Assembly: GCA_002269645.1 (NCBI GenBank)
Contig: NIVC01000100.1
Span: 496,001-560,000 of the forward strand
Source: Macrostomum lignano
Lineage: Eukaryota
Length of the DNA: 64,000 nt
Reading direction: 5' to 3'
This document shows, one piece after another, positions 47,901-59,896 of the stretch; position 1 is the stretch's first letter; each line of letters opens with the position of its first letter. A program made the position numbers and the translations under genes. The notes beneath the pieces were generated by a model that made no database searches, was not told where the DNA came from, and saw only the letters and a list, made by a program, of their open reading frames with translations.

Positions 47901-50900
47901 TCTGTAGCTGGCGCCCCCTCTGTCCCCTCTGTAGCTGGCGCCCCCTCTGTCCCCCTCTGTAGCTGACGCCCCTCTGTAGCTGGCGCCCCTCTGTAGCTGG
48001 CGCCCCTCTGTAGCTGGCGCCCCTCTGTAGCTGGCGCCCCCTCTGTAGCTGGCGCCCCTCTGTAGCTGGCGCCAGCTGGCTCTGTAGCTGGCGCCCCTCT
48101 GTAGCTGGCGCCCCCTTTGTAGCTGGCCTCTGTAGCTGGCGCCCCCTCTGTAGCTGGCGCCCCCACTGTAGCTGGCCTCTGTAGCTGGCGCCCCCTCTGT
48201 AGCTGGCGCCCCCTCTGTAGCTGGCCTCTGTAGCTGGCGCCCCTTCTGTAGCTGGCGCCCCTCTGTAGCTGGCGTCCCCTCTGTAGCTGGCGCCCCTCTG
48301 TAGCTGGCGCCCCTCTGTAGCTGGCGCCCCCTCTGTAGCTGGCGTCTGTAGCTGGCGCCCCCTCTGTAGCTGGCGTGCCCCTCTGTAGCTGGCGCCCCTC
48401 TGTAGCTGGCGCCCTCTGTAGCTGGCGCCCCTCTGTAGCTGGCGCCCTCTGTAGCTGGCGCCCCTCTGTAGCTGGCGCCCCTCTGTAGCTGGCGCCCCTC
48501 TGTAGCTGGCGCCCCTCTGTAGCTGGCGCCCCCTCTGTAGCTGGCGCCCCCTCTGTAGCTGGCGCCCCCTCTGTAGCTGGCGTCTCCTCTGTAGCTGGCG
48601 CCCCTCTGTAGCTGGCGCCCCTCTGTAGCTGGCGCCCCTCTGTAGCTGGCGCCCCTCTGTAGCTGGCGCCCCTCTGTAGCTGGCGCCCCTCTGTAGCTGG
48701 CGCCCCTCTGTAGCTGGCGCCCCCTCTGTAGCTGGCGCTCTGTAGCTGGCGCCCCTCTGTAGCTGGCGCCCCCTCTGTAGCTGGCGCCCTCTGTAGCTGG
48801 CGCCCCTCTGTAGCTGGCGTCTCCTCTGTAGCTGGCGCCCCTCTGTAGCTGGCGCCCTCTGTAGCTGGCGCCCCTCTGTAGCTGGCGCCCCTCTGTAGCT
48901 GGCGCCCCTCTGTAGCTGGCGCCCCTCTGTAGCTGGCGCCCCTCTGTAGCTGGCGCCCGCTCTGTAGCTGGCGCCCCTCTGTAGCTGGCCTCTGTAGCTG
49001 GCGCCCCCTCTGTAGCTGGCCTCTGTAGCTGGCGCCCCTCTGTAGCTGGCGCCCCCTCTGTAGCTGGCGCTCCTCTGTAGCTGGCGCCCCTCTGTAGCTG
49101 GCGTCTCCTCTGTAGCTGGCGCCCCTCTGTAGCTGGCGCCCCTCTGTAGCTGGCGCCCCTCTGTAGCTGGCGCCCCTCTGTAGCTGGCGCCCCTCTGTAG
49201 CTGGCGCCCCTCTGTAGCTGGCGCCCCCTCTGTAGCTGGCCTCTGTAGCTGGCGCCCCGCTCTGTAGCTGGTGCCCCTCTGTAGCTGGCGCCCCTCTGTA
49301 GCTGGCGCCCCTCTGTAGCTGGCGCCCCTCTGTAGCTGGCGCCCCTCTGTAGCTGGCGCCTCTGTAGCTGGCGCCCCCTCTGTAGCTGGCGCCCCTCTGT
49401 AGCTGGCGTCTCCTCTGTAGCTGGCGCCCCTCTGTAGCTGGCGCCCCCTCTGTAGCTGGCGCCCCTCTGTAGCTGGCGCCCCTCTGTAGCTGGCGCCCCT
49501 CTGTAGCTGGCGTCTCCTCTGTAGCTGGCGCCCCTCTGTAGCTGGCGCCCCTCTGTAGCTGGCGCCCCTCTGTAGCTGGCGCCCCTCTGTAGCTGGCGCC
49601 CCTCTGTAGCTGGCGCCCCTCTGTAGCTGGCGCCCCTCTGTAGCTGGCGCCCCGCTCTGTAGCTGGCGCCCCTCTGTAGCTGGCCTCTGTAGCTGGCGCC
49701 CCCTCTGTAGCTGGCGCCCCTCTGTAGCTGGCGCTCCTCTGTAGCTGGCGCCCCTCTGTAGCTGGCGCCCCGCTCTGTAGCTGGCGCCCCTCTGTAGCTG
49801 GCCTCTGTAGCTGGCGCCCCTCTGTAGCTGGCGCCCCCTCTGTAGCTGGCGCTCCTCTGTAGCTGGCGCCCCTCTGTAGCTGGCGTCTCCTCTGTAGCTG
49901 GCGCCCCTCTGTAGCTGGCGCCCCTCTGTAGCTGGCGCCCCTCTGTAGCTGGCGCCCCTCTGTAGCTGGCGCCCCTCTGTAGCTGGCGCCCCTCTGTAGC
50001 TGGCGCCCCGCTCTGTAGCTGGCGCCCCTCTGTAGCTGGCGCCCCTCTGTCCCCTCTGTAGCTGGCGCCCCTCTGTAGCTGGCGCCCCGCTCTGTAGCTG
50101 GCGCCCCTCTGTAGCTGGCGTCTCCTCTGTAGCTGGCGCCCCTCTGTAGCTGGCGCCCCTCTGTAGCTGGCGCCCTCTGTAGCTGGCGCCCCTCTGTAGC
50201 TGGCGCCCCTCTGTAGCTGGCGCCCCTCTGTAGCTGGCGCCCCTCTGTAGCTGGCGCCCCTCTGTAGCTGGCGCCCCTCTGTAGCTGGCGCCCCTCTGTA
50301 GCTGGCCTCTGTAGCTGGCGCCCCTCTGTAGCTGGCGCCCCTCTGTAGCTGGCCTCTGTAGCTGGCGCCCCTCTGTAGCTGGCGCCCCCTCTGTAGCTGG
50401 CCTCTGTAGCTGGCGCCCGCTCTGTAGCTGGCGCCCCTCTGTAGCTGGCGTCTCCTCTGTAGCTGGCGCCCCTCTGTAGCTGGCGCCCCTCTGTAGCTGG
50501 CGCCCTCTGTAGCTGGCGCCCCTCTGTAGCTGGCCTCTGTAGCTGGCGCCCCTCTGTAGCTGGCGCCCCCTCTGTAGCTGGCGCCCCTCTGTAGCTGGCG
50601 TCTCTCTGTAGCTGGCGCCCCTCTGTAGCTGGTGCCCCTCTGTAGCTGGCGCCCCTCTGTAGCTGGCGCCCCTCTGTAGCTGGCGCCCCTCTGTAGCTGG
50701 CCTCTGTAGCTGGCGCCCCTCTGTAGCTGGCGCCCCCTCTGTAGCTGGCGTCCCTCTGTAGCTGGCGCCCCTCTGTAGCTGGCGTCTCCTCTGTAGCTGG
50801 CGCCCCTCTGTAGCTGGCGCCCCTCTGTAGCTGGCGCCCCTCTGTAGCTGGCGCCCCTCTGTAGCTGGCGCCCCTCTGTAGCTGGCGCTCCGCTCTGTAG

Positions 50901-53018
50901 CTGGCGTCCCCTCTGTAGCTGGCGCCCCTCTGTAGCTGGCGCCCCCTCTGTAGCTGGCCTCTGTAGCTGGCGCCCCTCTGTAGCTGCGCCCCTCTGTAGC
51001 TGGCGCTCCGCTCTGTAGCTGGCGTCCCCTCTGTAGCTGGCGCCCCGCTCTGTAGCTGGCGCCCCTCTGTAGCTGGCCTCTGTAGCTGGCGCCCCTCTGT
51101 AGCTGGCGCCCCCTCTGTAGCTGGCGCCCTCTGTAGCTGGCGCCCCTCTGTAGCTGGCGCCCTCTGTAGCTGGCGCCCCTCTGTAGCTGGCGCCCCTCTG
51201 TAGCTGGCGCCCCTCTGTAGCTGGCGCTCCCTCTGTAGCTGGCGTCCCCTCTGTAGCTGGCGCCCCTCTGTAGCTGGCGCCCCTCTGTAGCTGGCGCCCT
51301 CTGTAGCTGGCGCCCCTCTGTAGCTGGCGCCCCTCTGTAGCTGGCGCCCCTCTGTAGCTGGCGCCCCTCTGTAGCTGGCGCCCTCTGTAGCTGGCGCCCC
51401 TCTGTCCCCCTCTGTAGCTGGCGCCCCTCTGTAGCTCTGTAGCTGGCGCCCCTCTGTAGCTGGCGCCCCTCTGTAGCTGGCGTCCCTCTGTAGCTGGCGC
51501 CCCCTCTGTAGCTGGCGCCCCTCTGTAGCTGGCCCCTCTGTAGCTGGCGCCCCTCTGTAGCTGGCGCCCCCTCTGTAGCTGGCCTCTGTAGCTGGCGCCC
51601 CTCTGTCCCCCTCTGTAGCTGGCGCCCCCTCTGTCCCCCTCTGTAGCTGGCGCCCCCTCTGTAGCTGGCGCCCCCTCTGTAGCTGGCCTCTGTAGCTGGC
51701 GCCCCTTCTGTAGCTGGCGCCCCTCTGTAGCTGGCGTCTCCTCTGTAGCTGGCGCCCCTCTGTAGCTGGCGCCCCTCTGTAGCTGGCGCCCCTCTGTAGC
51801 TGGCGCCCCTCTGTAGCTGGCGCCCCTCTGTAGCTGGCGCCCCCTCTGTAGCTGGCGTCTGTAGCTGGCGCCCCCTCTGTAGCTGGCGCCCCCTCTGTAG
51901 CTGGCGCCCCTCTGTAGCTGGCGTCTCCTCTGTAGCTGGCGCCCCTCTGTAGCTGGCGCCCCTCTGTAGCTGGCGCCCCTCTGTAGCTGGCGCCCCTCTG
52001 TAGCTGGCGCCCCTCTGTAGCTGGCGCCCCTCTGTAGCTGGCGCCCCTCTGTAGCTGGCGCTCCTCTGTAGCTGGCGCCCCTCTGTAGCTGGCGTCTCCT
52101 CTGTAGCTGGCGCCCCTCTGTAGCTGGCGCCCCTCTGTAGCTGGCGCCCCTCTGTAGCTGGCGCCCCCTCTGTAGCTGGCGCTCCCTCTGTAGCTGGCGC
52201 CCGCTCTGTAGCTGGCGCCCCTCTGTAGCTGGCGCCCCTCTGTAGCTGGCGCCCCTCTGTAGCTGGCCTCTGTAGCTGGCGCCCCCTCTGTAGCTGGCGC
52301 CCCGCTCTGTAGCTGGCGCCCCGCTCTGTAGCTGGCGCCCCCCTCTGTAGCTGGCGTCCCCTCTGTCCCCCTCTGTAGCTGGCGCCCCGCTCTGTAGCTG
52401 GCGCCCCGCTCTGTAGCTGGCGCCCCCCTCTGTAGCTGGCGTCCCCTCTGTCCCCTCTGTAGCTGGCGCCCCCTCTGTCCCCCTCTGTAGCTGGCGCCCC
52501 TCTGTAGCTGGCGTCTCCTCTGTAGCTGGCGCCCCGCTCTGTAGCTGGCGCCCCTCTGTAGCTGGCGTGTCCTCTGTAGCTGGCGCCCCTCTGTAGCTGG
52601 CGCCCCTCTGTAGCTGGCGCCCCTCTGTAGCTGGCGTCTCCTCTGTAGCTGGCGCCACTCTGTAGCTGGCGCCCCCTCTGTAGCTGGCCTCTGTAGCTGG
52701 CGCCCCTCTGTAGCTGGCGCCCCTCTGTAGCTGGCGTCTCCTCTGTAGCTGGCGCCCCTCTGTAGCTGGCGCCCCTCTGTAGCTGGCGCCCCTCTGTAGC
52801 TGGCGCCCCTCTGTAGCTGGCGCCCCCTCTGTAGCTGGCGTCCCTCTGTAGCTGGCGCCCCTCTGTAGCTGGTGCCCCTCTGTAGCTGGCGCCCCTCTGT
52901 AGCTGGCGCCCTCTGTAGCTGGCGCCCCTCTGTAGCTGGCGCCCCCTGTAGCTGTCTGTAGCTGGCGCCCCTCTGTAGCTGGCGCCCCCCTCTGTAGCTG
53001 GCGCTCCCTCTGTAGCTG
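41989..53018. repeat. ~11-kb satellite of 13-19-bp units (core CTCTGTAGCTGGCGCCC), roughly 600-650 units
   Basis: Direct sequence. TAG occurs in every plus-strand unit, whereas the minus strand has almost no stops, giving artefactual 1000-3600-aa ORFs. Confidence 0.98.
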
Positions 53019-53153
53019 CGAAGGTATTAATGGCAGACAAGGAAATCTCCCAGTTATTATCTTGAAAGCGGATCCTTGGACCCTCTGTTTTGTTTAAAGT
53101 CTCATTTCAACTCCGTTGTTTTTCTCTCGCTCTCGAGTGCTCAGCTTCAGCCG

Positions 53154-56014
53154 TCAGCAGGTGCCGCCGCCAGGCCCGGTCACCGTCACCAGACCTTGCG
53201 GATTCGCCGAGTTCACCGAGCCGCCTGTGACGCTGGAGCAGCCGACACCGGAGCAGTAGGAGCCGGCGCCGCCGCCAGCCTGGTCGCGGTTGACTCCGGC
53301 TCCGCCGCCGCTGTAGCCGCCGCCGCCTCCGCCAGAGGATTTGCACTGGCCTTCGCAGGCGCTGCCGCACTTGACGGCACCGCCACCGCAGCCACCGCCG
53401 CCGCCGCCGCCGAAGCCTCCGGTGCCCGTGCCGCTTTTTCCTCCAGCTCCGCCAGCGCCTCCGGTGCTGTCGAAAATCCATCCGCCTCGTTGTCCATCGT
53501 AGCTGCCCAGTCTGGGGTTGGCGGCTTTGCCTCTCCAGCCCGAGCCGCAGCCGCCGTGCCTGGCCAGGTTCTCGACTTCACTCGGCTGGTTGTAGCCAGC
53601 AGCTCCGTTGGCACCGCCGTGGTCGAAGCTCGGTCTGTCCGAAGTCAATAGGGTTGCGCCGGTGCCGTTCACGCCCGACTGGCCGGGTACACCTGAACGA
53701 AACAGCAGTGTTTTTAGAGAAAGAAGAGAGTCGGTCAGTCAGTCAGTCAGTCAGTCAGTCAGTCAGTCAGTCAGTCAGTCAGTCAGTCAGTCAGTCAGTC
53801 AGTCAGTCAGTCAGTCAGTCAGTCAGTCAGTCAGTCAGTCAGTCAGTCAGTCAGTCAGCTCACCATCAGAGGACTGTGAAGCTCCGCCGCCGCCACCAGC
53901 AGCTACCAGGAGCTGTTTCGAGCTGCTGTTGATGAAAACGAAGCTGCCGCCGCCTCCGCCGACACCGCCAGCCTTGTCATTGGGCTCTGCACCTGCCTGG
54001 CCAACAAGGATGCTCAGAGTTGTGCCCAGAGTCAGGCTGAAGTTGCCCTTGGCCAAGGCGCCTTTGCCACCCAGCTTGCCGCTTTTGGTGTTGTTGCCTC
54101 CCCAGGCGCCCGAGGCCTCGATGAGGTAGCAGCCGGTGGCATTGATTGACAGCTGCTGCACTGAGCCGGAAGGTCCTGTGCTCGAGTCAGGTAGTTCGGA
54201 GTAAAATTAACACTCATGTACAAAAGTAGGGCCTATGGTCGATATATAGGATAAATTGTTTTAAGACAGTGGTCATAAAGTACGAGTATTTCATAGAGAA
54301 TCCAGCTTCATGGGTGCGGGCCAGATGAGAGTGGAAAGGATAGGGAATGGAAGAGGAGAGATGAGAGAAGAGAGGAGAGATGAGAGGAGAGATGAGAGGA
54401 GAGAAGAGCTAGGGGAGAGAAGAGAGAGGGAAGAGAAGAGATAGGGGGAGAAAGAGAGAGGGAGAGAAGAGAGAGGGAGAGAAGAGAGAGGTTGAGAAGA
54501 GAGAGGTTGAGATGAGAGAGGTTGAGAAGAGAGAAGGAGGGAAGAGAGAGGTTGAGATGAGAGAGGTTGAGATGAGAGAGGTTGAGATGAGAGAGGTTGA
54601 GATGAGAGAGGTTGAGAAGAGAGAGGGAGAGATGAGAGAGGTTGAGAAGAGAGAAGGAGGGAAGAGAGAGGTAGAGAAGAGAGAGGGAGAGGAGAGAGGT
54701 TGAGATGAGAGAGGTTGAGAAGAGAGAAGGAGAGAAGAGAGAGGTTGAGATGAGAGAGGGGAGAGAAGAGAGGGGAGAAGAGTAGACTTAGAGAAGAGGA
54801 GAGACGGGACACGAAACTGAGAGAAAAACTTTCTGAATGCCATTTTAATCTACAATATACGACCAAACACATCTAAAGCGGCCTTGAAGACTTTTAACAG
54901 CGATTTTTGCCAACGACCTTAATTTAGAACGTCTAGACATTTTTGGTTGTTCGAATGAGTGCTTTTACTTACTTCGAAAAACATGCACAGACGGCGGCTT
55001 GAATCGACGCTGCCCAACCTGGTTGTCGAAGTCCTCTCGCCGCCACACGCGCATGCCGGAATCGCCCAGCTCGACTCCCAGCTGCCTGTCCACGCGAGTC
55101 TCCAGAGGCTGCTGGCCCAGAGAATCGTGGTACACCACCAGCTGCTGACAGAAGCCGGTCGACGGAACGAATGCGGCCGCCAGACAGTCACGTGACCGAC
55201 AGACGGCGAGGCACTCAGAGTCGGAGCGCAGGCCGGTGGAGTTGAAAAGCTCGCTGCTCGAGGAGGCGCTGAGTTGCACCGGGGCCTCCGTGAGCTCGAA
55301 TGGCGGCACGTCGGCTGCGAGCAAGTTGGGGGGATCAGATGGGAGTTGCGTGACAGGATTCAAAAGTACAAGTTGTACTTCTGGCAGAAGACTTGTAGAC
55401 TGGGACTTCAATGAAGTCAGCTGATGTCTCCTTGCGGCCAGCGATCGGGTGTCAGAGGAGACACGCAGTGAAGATGTCAGGAGAGACAGTAGGGTGTCAC
55501 AAGGACACACACAGTGGAGATGTCAGGAGAGACAGTGGGGTGTCAGAGGACACACACAGTGGAGATGTCAGGAGAGACAGTGGGGTGTCAGAGGATAAGC
55601 GCAGTGAAGATGTCAGGAGAGACAAAGGGGTGTCAGAGGACACACGCAGTGAAGATGTCAGGAGAGACAGTGGGGTGTCAGAGGACACACACAGTGGAGA
55701 TGTCAGGAGAGACAGTGGGGTGTCAGAGGACACACACAGTAGAGATGTCAGGAGAGACAGTGGGGTGTCAGAGGACACACGCAGTGAAGATGTCAGGAGA
55801 GTCAGTGGGGTGTCAGAGGACACACGCAGTGAAGATGTCAGCAGAGACAGTGGGGTGTCAGAGGACACACGCAGTGAAGATGTCAGGAGAGTCAGTGGGG
55901 TGTCAGTGGGGTGTTGTACGGAAGCATTTAACAAAACTGACGTTAAGAGTTGACCTCACCACAAACCAGAGAAGTCAAGAAGGTCAAGGTGTACAGATTC
56001 AATGCTAATGTCAT
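53154..56014 (-). CDS. Secreted PAN/apple-like + ALK/LTK-type glycine-rich protein, right copy, intact 437 aa; exons 56014-55960, 55380-54973, 54175-53864, 53692-53154
   Basis: MTLALNLYTLTFLTSLVC signal-like exon 1. Three phase-1 GT-AG introns at positions homologous to the left copy; 1314-nt open frame; same PAN-like and Gly-rich motifs. The exon 3 acceptor is the least certain boundary. Confidence 0.82.
53734..53857. repeat. (GTCA)31 microsatellite in intron 3 of right gene
   Basis: Perfect tetranucleotide run directly after the splice donor. Confidence 0.96.
54340..54800. repeat. GA-rich repeat (GAGAGAGGTTGAGAT-like) in intron 2 of right gene
   Basis: Direct sequence. Confidence 0.88.
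55445..55915. repeat. 45-bp intronic minisatellite, ~10 units, intron 1 of right gene
   Basis: Reverse complement of the 18028-20395 unit. Confidence 0.94.
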
Positions 56015-56544
56015 GTTGCAATGCTCCAGTACGGTCGTACAGTTTGAGTTGGAATTTTTTGCACTGAAATTTCTTGGTGCGATGCTCCCGAGTTTTCAAG
56101 TTTCCCTGTTAATATGCTTCCGAAAGAAGACAATTGTGATGCAGTCACGATGAGTCCGCTTGATTGGGCGCGCTGCTTTTGCCTCGGGCCAAAAAAAATC
56201 ATGCACACGGGCTTTTTTACAAAAAGTTAAAATTAGGCTCGTTAAACTCGAGTGCACTTTAAAGCATCTAGAGTCGAAGTAGTCTAATTAGTGTTCACGG
56301 CACGTCTTCAAAGAGTCCCTCACCCCTATTGTCTATTAAACAATGGGAGCCACCTACCTGTCTGAATACATGTACCTGCAGCAAGCAGGAAATTTTTTAA
56401 TGAGACAGCAGAAGCTGCATCGCATGCTTTAGTTGCTTAAGTGGTGGGTGTTTCGAAGTAAGACAGTTTTTAGTAGCTAAAAGCAAAAACCTCTGCCAAA
56501 AGCAAGAACCAAGCTTTGACAAACAAATTCTGAGCAAAGTACAT

Positions 56545-57570
56545 TACTCGTAGAGACCAATAGAGTTGATCTCAGTCAGGGGATATCTAGAGACCAACAG
56601 AGTTGATCTAAGCACAGTGAGGGGGACATCTAGAGACTAATAGAGTTGATCTAAAGCACCGTGAGGGGATATCTAGAGACCAATAGAGTTGATCTAAGCA
56701 CAGTGAGGGGATATCTAGAGACCAATAGAGTTGATCTAAGCACAGTCAGGGGATATCTAGAGACCAACAGAGTTGATCTAAGCACAGTTAGGGGACATCT
56801 AGAGACCAATAGAGTTGATCTAAGCACAGTGAGGGGACATCTAGAGACCAATAGAGTTGATCTAAGCACAGTGAGGGGACATCTAGAGACCAATAGAGTT
56901 GATCTAAGCACAGTGAGGGGACATCTAGAGACCAATAGAGTTGATCTAAGCACAGTGAGGGGACATCTAGAGACCAATAGAGTTGATCTAAGCACAGTGA
57001 GGGGACATCTAGAGACCAACAGAGTTGATCTAAGCACAGTGAGGGGGACATCTAGAGACTAATAGAGTTGATCTAAAGCACCGTGAGGGGATATCTAGAG
57101 ACCAATAGAGTTGATCTAAGCACAGTGAGGGGATATCTAGAGACCAATAGAGTTGATCTAAGCACAGTCAGGGGATATCTAGAGACCAACAGAGTTGATC
57201 TAAGCACAGTTAGGGGACATCTAGAGACCAATAGAGTTGATCTAAGCACAGTGAGGGGACATCTAGAGACCAATAGAGTTGATCTAAGCACAGTGAGGGG
57301 ACATCTAGAGACCAATAGAGTTGATCTAAGCACAGTGAGGGGACATCTAGAGACCAATAGAGTTGATCTAAGCACAGTGAGGGGACATCTAGAGACCAAT
57401 AGAGTTGATCTAAGCACAGTGAGGGGACATCTAGAGACCAATAGAGTTGATCTAAGCACAGTGAGGGGACATCTAGAGACCAATAGAGTTGATCTAAAGA
57501 ACAGTGAGGGGACATCTAGAAACCAAAAGAGTTGATCTGAGCACAGTGAGGGGACATCTGGAGACCAGAC
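56545..57570. repeat. 42-bp minisatellite (GAGACCAATAGAGTTGATCTAAGCACAGTGAGGGGACATCTA) with ~422-bp internal duplication
   Basis: Tandem units; the variant GAGACTAATAG...CTAAAGCACCG occurs at ~56634 and ~57056. Confidence 0.95.
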
Positions 57571-58119
57571 ATCTACTATAGCAATAATTATATTTTTATT
57601 GAAATAAGGCAAACGAACTCAAATGCAAAATTCTTTCTCAAGAAATAAATTTTATCAATCCTAATTCACGCTGCAAAAAACCAGATGTTAAATTAACCAA
57701 ATGATTCAACTCAGCTGCTATTAAAAAAAATATATTTTATTTCATATAAATAATCTTGCAATACTCAAACACACTACTGACAGTGGCACAAAGACAATGA
57801 AAAACCCAACTAATAAAACTCACAAATAAAGAGAAAGAAAAAAACTAAGCATGGGATTAAAGCGAATTTAAATTCAAACAGATCAGAATGTTACGGTAAG
57901 AGATATAAAAAGCAGGAAATTATTACCCACAAAACTGTTAGCACGGAAAGCAATATTCTTAACAATATGAGCAACAAAATTATAGATTGTATATTTATTT
58001 AAGAGTAGATAAAAATAGAGACACCAAAACTGCTACAAATTGCAAAGCTGTGTGCAGGAAGTGCTCGACAAACGACAGCTGGGGTGCCGCCACTTGGCAG
58101 TGAAATATGCCGGTAGACA

Positions 58120-58600
58120 GGGATAGAGAGAGATAGAGGGAGAGAGAGACAGGGAGAGAGAAATAGAGGGAGAGAGAGAGGGGAGAGAGAGACAGGGAGA
58201 GAGAGGACGACAGAGGGAGACAGGGAGACAAAGGGGGCACAGAGAGAGACAGGGAGTCAGGGAGACAGGCACAGAGGGAGATAGGGATACAGGAAGGGAG
58301 ACAGGGAGGGAGACAGAGGGGGATACAGAGAGTGAGACAGGGAGGGAGACAGAGGGAGACAGAGAGACAGGGAGGGAGACGGAGGGGAGGGGGACACAGA
58401 GAGGGAGACAGTGAGACAGGGAGGGAGACAGGGAGGGAGACAGAGAGACAGGGAGGGAGACGGAGGGGAGGGGGACACAGAGAGGGAGACATTGAGACAG
58501 GGAGGGAGACAGAGGGGGATACAGAGAGGGAGACAGTGAGACAGGGAGGGAGACAAAGAGGGAGACAGAGAGACAGAGATGAGACAGGCCAGTGAGACAG
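58120..58600. repeat. GA-rich low-complexity tract
   Basis: GGGAGACAGAGA-type repeats. Confidence 0.88.
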
Positions 58601-59319
58601 ATAGGAAACACAAAATATCAGATTCAAAGCATTCAGAGATTAGCCATAACAAGCAGCTATCAACAACAACAAAAAAAATAGAAACCTCCTTCAAATTGCT
58701 AGATTTTTTATCGGCGCAAAATAGATACGTGTTGTCACACTACTTGCAATAAAAACGGCACCAATAGTAGAATAAAGCGCACACGAGCAACCAAATTTGT
58801 TTAAAAAAGTTTTAAAAAAGACAAAAAATTGCAGTTCACGAAAAAATAGAAGAGGTGCAAAAGCTGCATTGCTAGTGAGTTGCTATTAAATGGTGATACA
58901 GAGGCGTAAGACAGCTCATAGTAGCTAAAAATATTGAATTGCCAATAATCGACGCTATTACATACTAATAGAAAATTATAAAGTGCATAATCAGAATAAA
59001 CACTGCACTTTGAGTAGTCCCAAAAAGCATTATTTTAACATATAATGTTGATAATGTTGAAATCCATCAAATTATTGAAAGCAAGCAAATTGCTTTTGGC
59101 TGATAAATCGAATGTTTTTAGATTTTAGAATCAATGCAAAATATTTTTTAAAGGAAAATTGTTTCAATTTTGCTTATCAATAATTAATTTTTCTCCACAA
59201 CTGGCGAGTTTTCTGCGGTGGGCGGCTGAACCACAATCCTGGGCGCGTCTAGCAGCAGTGGGTTCGATTCCTCCGGTCTGTCCGAACTGTCCGGAGGGGG
59301 TGAGTTAATGCATTTGTGT

Positions 59320-59890
59320 CCGAGTGACAATAGATAGGTGTCCGAGAGATAATGGACTTGTGTCCGACAGATAATGGACTTGTGTATGGGAGATAATGGA
59401 ATTGTGTCCGGAAGACAATGGACTAGTGTCCGAGTGACAATAGATCTGTGTCCGAGAGATAATGGACTAGTGTCCGAGAGACAATAGATAGGTGTCCGAG
59501 AGATAATGGACTTGTGTATGGGAGATAATGGACTTGTGTCCGGGAGATAATGGACTTGTGTCCAGGGGATTTGTGTCCGAGTGACAATAGATAGGTGTCC
59601 GAGAGATAATGGACTTGTGTCCGAGAGATAATAGACTTGTGTATGGGAGATAATGGACTTGTGTCCGGGAGATAATGGACTTGTGTCCAGGGGATTTGTG
59701 TCCGAGTGACAATAGATAGGTGTCCGAGAGATAATGGACTTGTGTCCGAGAGATAATAGACTTGTGTATGGGAGATAATGGACTAGATGTCCGAGACAAT
59801 AGATAGGTGTCTAGACATAATGGACAGGTGTCCGAGAGATAATGGACTAGTGTCCGAGTGACAATAGATAGGAGTCCGAGAGATAATGAA
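59320..59890. repeat. ~21-22-bp mixed minisatellite (TGTGTCCGAGAGATAATGGACT)
   Basis: Direct tandem variants. Confidence 0.9.
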
Positions 59891-59896
59891 TTTGGA

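Noticed and set aside
41912-53040. Giant minus-strand ORFs (3631, 2616 and 1050 aa; [17 protein letters not shown])
   Set aside because: By-product of a satellite with almost no minus-strand stops. Variable unit lengths (13-19 bp) shuffle frames freely, the longest ORF starts at TTG, and the homologous left-arm locus has only ~9 units.
57990-58110. Possible extra terminal SLC4 exon (minus strand) if the donor at 59909 is used
   Set aside because: Weak acceptor context and no recognisable SLC4 similarity; cannot be supported without RNA data.
59200-59290. tRNA-like segment (GGTTCGATTCC box B; faint resemblance to tRNA-Sec variable and T arms)
   Set aside because: Could not build an acceptor stem or anticodon arm by hand; at most a decayed SINE head. 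tRNAscan-SE would settle it.
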